Positions 15,919 to 22,777 of a DNA stretch of 24,801 nucleotides are shown here, in pieces. A program made the position numbers and the translations under genes. Source of the DNA: an uncultured virus (IMG/VR IMGVR_UViG_3300025769_000082) (Duplodnaviria; Heunggongvirae; Uroviricota; Caudoviricetes); IMG/VR virus record IMGVR_UViG_3300025769_000082; one strand, 5' to 3'. The notes beneath the pieces were generated by a model that saw only the letters and a list, made by a program, of their open reading frames with translations, had not been told where the DNA came from and searched no databases. How positions within the stretch are numbered: position 1 is the stretch's first letter; each line of letters begins with the position of its first letter.

Positions 15919-16119
15919 CTAAGTTTCGTTCCCTTCTATGATTTCGTTGACGATCTCCCATGCGTGGCTGCCGGGGGGCAGCGCGTTACGCATGGCGACC
16001 GCGCGGGTGTGGACCGCCGTGACTTTGGTCACGGCTTCCCGGAAGTGTTCTGCGATTTCGGCGCACTGTTGACAGCGTTCCTTGCGTTCCATCGCACGGA
16101 CTATATCAATTAAGGACAC
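15919..16119 (-). CDS. Hypothetical protein (~66 aa)
   Basis: GTG 16119 with GAGGG RBS; CQQC; abuts the resolvase start. Confidence 0.5.
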   Translation of the reverse strand: MSLIDIVRAMERKERCQQCAEIAEHFREAVTKVTAVHTRAVAMRNALPPGSHAWEIVNEIIEGNET

Positions 16120-16516
16120 TGTGCCCTCGCCCACTGAGACACTTCCGCATCGCAGTTTCTTCGTCGAGATCGTAGCGTTCAGCCAACCACCCACAGTGCA
16201 TTTCGTCGAGTTGCGCGTCTTGGGCTTTGGGGCCCGAGGCTTTGAGGTCGATCACGGGCCGGAAATCCGAGCAACCAACCAGAGACACCAAGACACACAA
16301 CGATGCCGCAATCCGTCTAAGCTGAGACATAAGGTTTAACACTCCGCGTCTGTCGCTGGGGCTCCACGGGACCGGAAGTTTCACCGATCTGGATTTTCCG
16401 TGGATCAGCAATTTGCGGTGTTTGCCACCTGGCACAAACTCCCAGCCGGTGACACTCTTCGCGTCATCCAGTATTTTCGCTATCGCTTGGTTGTACTGTT
16501 TTCTTAATCCGCTCAT
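16106..16516 (-). CDS. HicA-like domain fused to a lipoprotein-like domain
   Basis: GW...GGKHRKL...PSDRR...NLMSQLRR, then hydrophobic IAASLCVLVSLVGC lipobox and a two-Cys domain ending CLSGRGHSVLN. Confidence 0.6.
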   Translation of the reverse strand: MSGLRKQYNQAIAKILDDAKSVTGWEFVPGGKHRKLLIHGKSRSVKLPVPWSPSDRRGVLNLMSQLRRIAASLCVLVSLVGCSDFRPVIDLKASGPKAQDAQLDEMHCGWLAERYDLDEETAMRKCLSGRGHSVLN

Positions 16517-16862
16517 GGTCTGTGGTTCCTTTCATGTCTCGGATCATCAATTCAAGACGCGCCAGCGCGTTCCAAGCGGTCTGCGCCGCGTGAAACATGC
16601 CGCTGTCTTGGTCGATCAGTTCGCCTTTGCACTCCGCAAGGAAGTGTCTCAGCATCGCGTCGGTGTATCGGGACTGACCGTCGGGGACTTTGAGCCAGCC
16701 GAACTCTGTGTATTTGTTGGCCCCAAAAGTACCCACCCGAGACACCTGTTCTAGGGCGTTCGGGAAACCCCCCAAGACAAGACCCACCCGGGTCTTGCCT
16801 TCGTCGAGTTTTGCACCGGGCTCATGCTGTTCGATGCCGTGCGGGTCTTTTTCGTCACTCAT
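16464..16862 (-). CDS. DUF5664 dATP/dGTP diphosphohydrolase-domain protein
   Basis: GAKLDEGK, GANKY..GW, RYTDAMLRH, DQDSG.HAA..AWNALA. Confidence 0.85.
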   Translation of the reverse strand: MSDEKDPHGIEQHEPGAKLDEGKTRVGLVLGGFPNALEQVSRVGTFGANKYTEFGWLKVPDGQSRYTDAMLRHFLAECKGELIDQDSGMFHAAQTAWNALARLELMIRDMKGTTDHERIKKTVQPSDSENTG

Positions 16863-17064
16863 TGCCGTAAAGCTCTTTCAAGAGTTCCGACGTCTCTTTC
16901 GGGTCTTGGAGAGCCAGTTCGACCGCCTTACAGGCTTCTGCGACCCGCCCGGCATTGACACTCAGGATCGCCGCGACGTCATGTTGTTTGACGCCGAGGA
17001 TAAAGTGGGCGTGGGCGGCCCGTAGACGTTGCTCGAAATTGAGGCTCGGAGAATTGTCGGACAT
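16855..17064 (-). CDS. Small helix-turn-helix protein (69 aa)
   Basis: GVKQHDVAAILSVNAGRVAE HTH pattern; AGGA RBS. Confidence 0.7.
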   Translation of the reverse strand: MSDNSPSLNFEQRLRAAHAHFILGVKQHDVAAILSVNAGRVAEACKAVELALQDPKETSELLKELYGNE

Positions 17065-17079
17065 TCGTGTCTTTCCTGT

Positions 17080-17472
17080 TCAAAAGAGTTTCCAATCCGA
17101 GACGGGGTGCCGCTCGGAGACGCATTGTTTGTAAAGCTGGGTGTTCTTCTTCTCAGCGACCGCCCAAGCCATGATGGCGACGGAGCCCGCAGCGACCAGC
17201 GCCGCGACCCCCGCCCATCCTTCTTGAGACATGTCGTTTTGGGTGTCGTCTGCGTACCCAAGAGCCGCACCCCCAAGAGCCCCCGCGCCAGCCGCATACA
17301 TCGTGTATTTGGCTTGCGGGTGCCCAAAGTCGCGGGCGAGTTTCTCGCAGTACATTATGGTTTCGTCGAGTTTGTCGGCCTGATCGTCTTCATGGAGAAA
17401 GACGACCGGGCGCGGAAACGAACATGCGGATGCCAGAAGACACGCCGCCGTGATTGCAGCGACCTTTTTCAT
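17080..17472 (-). CDS. Glycine-zipper lipoprotein (130 aa)
   Basis: ATGA overlap start; MKKVAAITAACLLASAC signal peptide/lipobox; AAGAGALGGAALG zipper; second hydrophobic segment. Confidence 0.75.
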   Translation of the reverse strand: MKKVAAITAACLLASACSFPRPVVFLHEDDQADKLDETIMYCEKLARDFGHPQAKYTMYAAGAGALGGAALGYADDTQNDMSQEGWAGVAALVAAGSVAIMAWAVAEKKNTQLYKQCVSERHPVSDWKLF

Positions 17473-17690
17473 TGGACCGCTGCCCGAGCCCAGAGACCGT
17501 TTGAGCCAACGACCCATTCGTAGCCTTCGTCGCGGAGCCAATCGGCGGCGTCACGGAGCCGGGAAAAACTCGAATGTTTCTCGGTATTGACGCCTGTCAC
17601 TTTGATGGTGTAAGGGTCGTTGACGACGCGCAGTCTCACGACGTCGGGTTTGCGGTTCCAGAATGGCCGGAGATCAATCAAGTTGGACAT
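17469..17690 (-). CDS. Hypothetical protein (73 aa)
   Basis: AAAGGAACC RBS; coupled to the downstream gene. Confidence 0.7.
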   Translation of the reverse strand: MSNLIDLRPFWNRKPDVVRLRVVNDPYTIKVTGVNTEKHSSFSRLRDAADWLRDEGYEWVVGSNGLWARAAVQ

Positions 17691-17727
17691 GGTGTGGTTC
17701 CTTTTTTTTGTCGAGTGTGTCTTGGGT

Positions 17728-18006
17728 TTAAGCGAAGGGGTCGAAGTCTTCGACCAGTGCGTCTGGGTCGATCTCTACGTTGTTCATCACCTGACGTGGC
17801 GCGGCGACTTCGCCACGGGCGTCTGCAATAACCAACAAAATCGCGACCCAATCGGCGGGGATACTGTCCCGGTTCTGCCACATATAGATTTGGGCAGAAG
17901 ACGGCATTTTGATCCCCAATTCTGCGGCAGTGCGGCGGATGCCAGTCGGCCCGCCAGCCCGCTTTATCAGTTCTTGGGTGTCCCACTCGGGGCTCGGATT
18001 TGTCAT
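17728..18006 (-). CDS. Cro-like HTH regulator
   Basis: LIKRAGG...QIYMWQNRDSIPADW; AAGGAA RBS before ATG 18006; divergent from the repressor. Confidence 0.8.
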   Translation of the reverse strand: MTNPSPEWDTQELIKRAGGPTGIRRTAAELGIKMPSSAQIYMWQNRDSIPADWVAILLVIADARGEVAAPRQVMNNVEIDPDALVEDFDPFA

Positions 18007-18053
18007 TCTAAGTTCCTTGTGTTTGGCTTTGTCGTGCGTCATTCACAACACCT

Positions 18054-18146
18054 TAAATACACGATCTGTTAGACCTGTCAACCGTAATATCACATTTTGT
18101 TTGGTTTGTTGCTTGACATTGCCGACAACATATAACATCTTGTGGG
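18054..18146. promoter_or_regulatory. Lysis/lysogeny switch: divergent promoters and three operator-like dyads
   Basis: TTGACA on the minus strand (18081-18076), 16 nt, TATTTA; TTGACA on the plus strand (18113-18118). Dyads at 18058-18072, 18089-18103 and 18132-18146. Confidence 0.7.
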
Positions 18147-18224
18147 CAATCGGGCAGCGAGACCTGTTTTTATAAGAGGCGGCGGCAGTTCGCTCTAAAC
18201 CCTCAACCCAGAGAGAAAGACATC

Positions 18225-18689
18225 ATGTCAAAATCACCAAAGCGCCTAATGGCTCCAACAGGAGGACGTACACAAGTCGAGAAACTGGAAATGGACCGCT
18301 TCGCTCGGCGGTTATACGAAATGATGAACGAGCGCGGTCTGTCACAGTCCGATCTAGCCCGGAAAGCCTTCGGGACAAAAACCGACAAGAGGGGCTATGA
18401 AGTAGCCCGCAACCGGGACCGAATAAGTGTCTATCTGAAAGGCACGTCTTTACCGGACCCAAAGAACCTACAAAAGATCGCTGACGCCTTGGGGGTGGAC
18501 CCCGACGAGTTGGCCCCCGAGATCGCAGCGTCAACAATCGACAGGGAGAACCCAGAGGTCGCGTTGACCGCCATCGCGGGGCACGGAGACAAAGTGCATC
18601 TGCAAGTGAACAAACTGCTACCGCTGTCTCTGGCGTCAAAGATCGTTTCGATGATCGCGGCGCACGATGATACTAATAACGCAAAGTGA
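18225..18689 (+). CDS. CI-like XRE-family repressor
   Basis: RGLSQSDLAR...ISVYLKGTSLP...LQKIADALGV; no S24 peptidase domain evident. Confidence 0.88.
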   Translation: MSKSPKRLMAPTGGRTQVEKLEMDRFARRLYEMMNERGLSQSDLARKAFGTKTDKRGYEVARNRDRISVYLKGTSLPDPKNLQKIADALGVDPDELAPEIAASTIDRENPEVALTAIAGHGDKVHLQVNKLLPLSLASKIVSMIAAHDDTNNAK

Positions 18690-18993
18690 GGCCGCGACCC
18701 TTGCCCGGGTCTCGACACGGACCATCAAAAGGTGGCGATACGCCGGGCAGTTGCCTTACTACCCCGGGAGACCGGTTAGGATAAATCTGGTCGATCTGCT
18801 CGACCTACTCGAAAGGAACAAGACATGCTCAACCCAACCCTCGCAAAGAACCGGAGCGGCAGATTTGAAATCCGTTACTCCGAAAAGCGCCCCGACGGGT
18901 CATACCGTTCCCGCACTCAAAGCACGGGCACGAAAAGCCTCGGTGAAGCGAAACTTATCCTCGCTGAGTTCATTAAACAGGAGCAAGAGATAG
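18667..18993 (+). CDS. Excisionase-like winged-HTH protein
   Basis: LITQSEAATLARVSTRTIKRWRYAGQLP..GRPVRI; its tail overlaps the integrase gene by 169 nt. Confidence 0.8.
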   Translation: MILITQSEAATLARVSTRTIKRWRYAGQLPYYPGRPVRINLVDLLDLLERNKTCSTQPSQRTGAADLKSVTPKSAPTGHTVPALKARARKASVKRNLSSLSSLNRSKR

Positions 18994-19838
18994 CCCGTTC
19001 GCTCTCCGACCCGACGGTGCGAGACTTGGGCGAACAGTATTTGGCCGCCGCCAAGGCTCGGGGCGTAAAAGACGGGCAACAGCGGTCTGCCGCCGTGGTC
19101 ATGGGCTTTTTCGGAGACATGACGCCCCGGGAAATCACCCCTGACGTTTTTTTAAAATTCCGCGTGTCTCGAAATGTGGCAGACAGTTCCCTACGTCGCG
19201 ACTTATCGGTCTTGAAAACCATTTTTGGGTTTGGCGTCAAACACAAGCTGATCGACCCCAAAGACGTGCCGTATGTCGATTTACCCCCCACTGGGCAGCC
19301 CCGCGACGTCTGGCTGGACGAGAAACAAGAAAACGAGTTCTTAGCCCTCGCGTATGGGCATAGCCTTGGAGAGCCCCGTCTGACCCGCCTGACCCGCTTC
19401 GTGGCGATTGCGCTCGACACAGGTGCCCGCAAAAAGGCGATTGAGGGCCTGACTTGGGATCGCGTTGACCTGACGGGCAAACTTATCGACTTCCGCGACT
19501 CGTCAATGAGTGTGAGTAAAAAGCGCCGGGTGCCGGTGCCTATTTCCGACCGCCTGATGCCTGTCTTGGAACGGGCGAAACGTGAACGCCAAACACAGTT
19601 CGTTTTGGATCACCCCGGGGCAATTCGGAAGACGTTCGAGACATGGAGACACGGCGCGGGCTTCGATTGGGTGACGCCCCACGTCATGCGCCACACCGCC
19701 GCGACGCTCATGTTACGCGCCGGGGTCTCGATTTGGAATGTCGCCGGGGTCTTGGGAGACACCGTCGAAACCGTAACCCGCGTCTACGGACACCATTCGC
19801 CCGATTATCTGATCGACGCCGTGAACAGGAGAGCCTGA
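18825..19838 (+). CDS. int: Tyrosine recombinase (phage integrase)
   Basis: TGAR, HVMRHT, LGD, RVYGH catalytic motifs. Confidence 0.95.
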   Translation: MLNPTLAKNRSGRFEIRYSEKRPDGSYRSRTQSTGTKSLGEAKLILAEFIKQEQEIARSLSDPTVRDLGEQYLAAAKARGVKDGQQRSAAVVMGFFGDMTPREITPDVFLKFRVSRNVADSSLRRDLSVLKTIFGFGVKHKLIDPKDVPYVDLPPTGQPRDVWLDEKQENEFLALAYGHSLGEPRLTRLTRFVAIALDTGARKKAIEGLTWDRVDLTGKLIDFRDSSMSVSKKRRVPVPISDRLMPVLERAKRERQTQFVLDHPGAIRKTFETWRHGAGFDWVTPHVMRHTAATLMLRAGVSIWNVAGVLGDTVETVTRVYGHHSPDYLIDAVNRRA

Positions 19839-19839
19839 C

Positions 19840-20379
19840 ATGAAAGTTTATCACCACACTTCTCTCGCCCATCTGCCGTATATCTTCGCCGAGGGGGCCC
19901 TGATTGGCAGCCCGGCGAACGCCGATTGGCCCGGCGACTACGTTTGGGCGACGTCAAACCCCAACGGAGACCGCACGGTCGCGGCTTGTTGCCAGAAGGA
20001 AATCCCCCGGGTTCGGATCGGCTTCGATGCCGCCGAGTTCGAGCCGTGGGAAGCCGCTATCGACGCAAACCCGGAGTGGGAACCGGCCCACAAAGGGACT
20101 TTGCTGCATTACGCGGCGAACCTCGGACAGTTGGATACAGACTGTTGGTTTGTCGCCAAGGGGCCCGTGTCTCTGGACCGCGTCTTGACCGTTGAGATCA
20201 AGACTTGGTCGGGCCCGTGGCGCACCGCGCAACCCATCTTGGAGAAAGTTCGTTACGCGGGTAACGCGGTGGAGTTCGTCTGTTTTGGAAAAGGGTATTT
20301 CGTCGAACGAGCCCGGCAACCCGACCGATTGGGGGTCGAGAGGATGCACTACGGGCTCAAAATCCTCGACGCAGCATAG
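19840..20379 (+). CDS. Putative ADP-ribosyltransferase-fold protein (DarT/Tpt1-like N-terminus)
   Basis: YHHT...LPYI..EGAL, then YVWAT, and a later WFV..GPV; starts 1 nt after the int stop. Confidence 0.5.
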   Translation: MKVYHHTSLAHLPYIFAEGALIGSPANADWPGDYVWATSNPNGDRTVAACCQKEIPRVRIGFDAAEFEPWEAAIDANPEWEPAHKGTLLHYAANLGQLDTDCWFVAKGPVSLDRVLTVEIKTWSGPWRTAQPILEKVRYAGNAVEFVCFGKGYFVERARQPDRLGVERMHYGLKILDAA

Positions 20380-20408
20380 GTGCCGCGTTGCTGCACAAAC
20401 ACCCTAAC

Positions 20409-20433
20409 AGTGCCGCAAAACGGCACTTTTTCT
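20409..20433 (+). terminator. Intrinsic terminator after the cI-xis-int-ART operon
   Basis: AGTGCCG-CAAAA-CGGCACT followed by TTTTCT. Confidence 0.7.
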
Positions 20434-20614
20434 GTCCGTTTTGTCTTGTTCTGTCACTTTAGGATATAACAAAACGTGTTGAACTGGCTCAATTCCTTGT
20501 GTCTTGTGTGTCGGGAGCATATTCTTGGTAACAATGCGTCACCGGGGCTAAGACATTGAAGACACAAGGGTTTTGCGATCTAACAGTACCGCATCGCAGC
20601 AGATAACAGATTGT

Positions 20615-20689
20615 GCCGCAGTAACTCAGGGGTAGAGTACCCCCTTGGTAAGGGGGAAGTCGGGAGTTCAAATCTCCCCTGCGGCACCA
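20615..20689 (+). tRNA. tRNA-Thr(GGT), complete with encoded CCA; likely contains the attP core
   Basis: GCCGCAG/CTGCGGC acceptor stem; ACTC/GAGT D-stem; CCCCC-TTGGTAA-GGGGG anticodon arm; GGGAG-TTCAAAT-CTCCC T-arm; ACCA end. Confidence 0.96.
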
Positions 20690-20691
20690 TT

Positions 20692-21138
20692 CTAACGCTG
20701 AGACTGAAGACGGGCGCGGAGAGTGTCCACGAAAGCCTTCTGGTCCCCGGTCGGCGTCCCCGCAGATGGATCGCCACTAAATATGCGGGCGGCGATTGTC
20801 TCCCGTTGGTCCTGTAACGGGGCGCTCGAATACGTCGTCCCTTGCAGTTTATTTAGTTGGTCAGGTGTCAGGGAGAAATTTGGCCGAACTTGTTCATACC
20901 CGGGCAACATACCGCGCATGTAGAGCCGCGCGACCTCATTGGCGTACACGCTGTTTTGGTTCACTTCTGCCGGGGCCCACGGGTTGAGAATAACCCGCCC
21001 GTCTTCCGCCGCCATCCCGGAGACACTCGGATTTTTTCGGAAGAAAGCCTCCTCCCCCGGGTACAGTTGCTTGCGAAGAACGTCAGGGAGGGCGTTGGGG
21101 CCCGCAAGAACGTCGGCCAACCGATTATTTCGCTCCAT
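20692..21138 (-). CDS. Hypothetical phage protein (148 aa)
   Basis: Clean ORF, last of the leftward late genes; converges on the tRNA 3' end with a 2-nt gap. Confidence 0.75.
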   Translation of the reverse strand: MERNNRLADVLAGPNALPDVLRKQLYPGEEAFFRKNPSVSGMAAEDGRVILNPWAPAEVNQNSVYANEVARLYMRGMLPGYEQVRPNFSLTPDQLNKLQGTTYSSAPLQDQRETIAARIFSGDPSAGTPTGDQKAFVDTLRARLQSQR

Positions 21139-21168
21139 CTTGACCCCCTAAAGCCCGCAGCACCACTG

Positions 21169-21558
21169 TTAGCCCCCATATTTCCGTAAAAGCTGCATCG
21201 CGTCTTCATTACTGAACAAACCCTGCCCGCCCGGTTGCGGGGCCCGCATCGACCCACGACGACGTTGCTCTTGCAAGTCGATTTGCGTCGGCATCGGGGC
21301 CATACGCATTTCCGGGACAGGTGCTTGTGGCATCGGAACCGGTGGGATTGGCGGTTGCATGTTCGGCATGGGCATCGGAACGGGTCGCATTTCTTGTGCG
21401 TTCTGATATTGCGGGCCCCCCGGTGGCGGCGCGTATGGGCCACTTGTCATCTGGGGCGGACCACCACGATACAAGAGGTCTTGCATCTGTTGTACGCCGC
21501 CGTTTCCGACAAACTGAGACAGGATGTCTCCGAGGCTCGGTGTCTTGTTGTTTTCCAT
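21169..21558 (-). CDS. Pro/Gln/Met-rich low-complexity protein (129 aa)
   Basis: TGATG overlap with the upstream gene; GGAG RBS. Confidence 0.7.
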   Translation of the reverse strand: MENNKTPSLGDILSQFVGNGGVQQMQDLLYRGGPPQMTSGPYAPPPGGPQYQNAQEMRPVPMPMPNMQPPIPPVPMPQAPVPEMRMAPMPTQIDLQEQRRRGSMRAPQPGGQGLFSNEDAMQLLRKYGG

Positions 21559-22445
21559 CAGAATAACTCCTGCCAGTTCAGACCAATATCAATTTCAGTT
21601 GCAGACGAACTCTCTGCCGAGAACGTCATTGTTTGCCCCGGATAGAGCCGGAACCTAAAGGGCGTCATGTCCAAGACACGGCTATCGACCTTCGCCAGTG
21701 GGATCGCCAAGACAGTTGACCCCCCGGTGACTGTCGTCCCGGCGGTGTCGATGCTGGCGACGCTGTTCGTGGCGTCGATGTCGCTAAACGACGGTGTCCC
21801 GCCCAGTGTTACGCCCTGCTTGATGTAAACTGTCGCAGTTTTCGTGCCATCGGACGCACAAGAGAAGATCGTACCTTCGACCACGATCCGGTTCGTGAAC
21901 CCTTGGAACGTCGAGGCGTTTTGCAGAGAAATGATGTTGGTCTCGGTGGTGATGCCGGATTTAATGTTCGCCGCAGCGAAAGGCCGCGCAGAGGTGTCGG
22001 TCGTTCCACCGCCGATACGCCCGGCAGACCAAGAACATGTCTTGACGGTGGCTTCGCCCGACCCACTGAGACGTGTCGCGTCCATGTGGACGGGCTGAGA
22101 CGGCTGTAGGATCGACGGAGCAGTCGTGCCCGCAAGCCCCACGTCGATTGTACCCCCGGAGAACGCCGCCGTGAACAGCGCGTAACCGTCGAAACCCGGT
22201 TGATACCGCAGAGGCTCTACGCTTTCGAGTTCACACTTGCCAACGCCCGCGCCCGTCGAGATGGTCGCGACCCCCTGAGAGTGAGAGGCCGCGCCGGTCC
22301 CCGAGGTAGTCGTAGTAACGTCGCGATTTGAAATGTTGTATTGGAACTGCACCGTGACGTCGGGGAACCTCTGGCCGACCATCCGGTCGCCAAAGATGGC
22401 GTTTTGCCCCTGTCTTCCGGCGTAATCAATGTCTTGGGTCGCCAT
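21558..22445 (-). CDS. Thr/Gly/Ser-rich beta-structured virion-associated protein (295 aa)
   Basis: GGAG RBS; RYQPG motif and terminal LNWQEL, as in phage structural/tail-associated proteins. Confidence 0.7.
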   Translation of the reverse strand: MATQDIDYAGRQGQNAIFGDRMVGQRFPDVTVQFQYNISNRDVTTTTSGTGAASHSQGVATISTGAGVGKCELESVEPLRYQPGFDGYALFTAAFSGGTIDVGLAGTTAPSILQPSQPVHMDATRLSGSGEATVKTCSWSAGRIGGGTTDTSARPFAAANIKSGITTETNIISLQNASTFQGFTNRIVVEGTIFSCASDGTKTATVYIKQGVTLGGTPSFSDIDATNSVASIDTAGTTVTGGSTVLAIPLAKVDSRVLDMTPFRFRLYPGQTMTFSAESSSATEIDIGLNWQELF

Positions 22446-22484
22446 GTTCGTGTCTCCGTCGTGTCTCGGTGCTGAAAATCGGAG

Positions 22485-22512
22485 CAGGGGGAGGAGAAAT
22501 CCCCTCCCCCTG
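22485..22512 (-). terminator. Stem-loop between late genes (weak terminator or mRNA stabiliser)
   Basis: CAGGGGGAGG...CCTCCCCCTG stem; the U-tract is displaced from the stem. Confidence 0.4.
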
Positions 22513-22519
22513 ATCTGAG

Positions 22520-22723
22520 TTAAGCGGCGGTCGTTGCCCCCGTATCGACGGCGATCCAGTTAGTACCATCGTAGAAAACCAAACAGCCGGTGCCGTTGGT
22601 GGCAGTTTCGCCAGCTTTCCGAGCGTCGGAAGCGTAGGCGACGTCGCCTTCTTCGCCGGTCGGCAGGGTGGCAACGGTGTAAACGCCGACGTTCGGCTGG
22701 GGATGTCCTTTAGTGCGTGTCAT
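22520..22723 (-). CDS. Small head-fibre/decoration-like protein (67 aa)
   Basis: GGAG RBS; YTVATLP...AYASD...VFYDGTNW motif typical of phage fibre/decoration modules. Confidence 0.7.
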   Translation of the reverse strand: MTRTKGHPQPNVGVYTVATLPTGEEGDVAYASDARKAGETATNGTGCLVFYDGTNWIAVDTGATTAA

Positions 22724-22777
22724 TGTGTGAACTCCATTCACTTTCGGGGGGCGCGGTCCCCCGGGAAAAGGGCCGCG

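Noticed and set aside
16464..16862. DUF5664 as a sign of a 2-aminoadenine (Z) genome
   Set aside because: No purZ-like gene is in the window, and the domain is widespread in ordinary phages.
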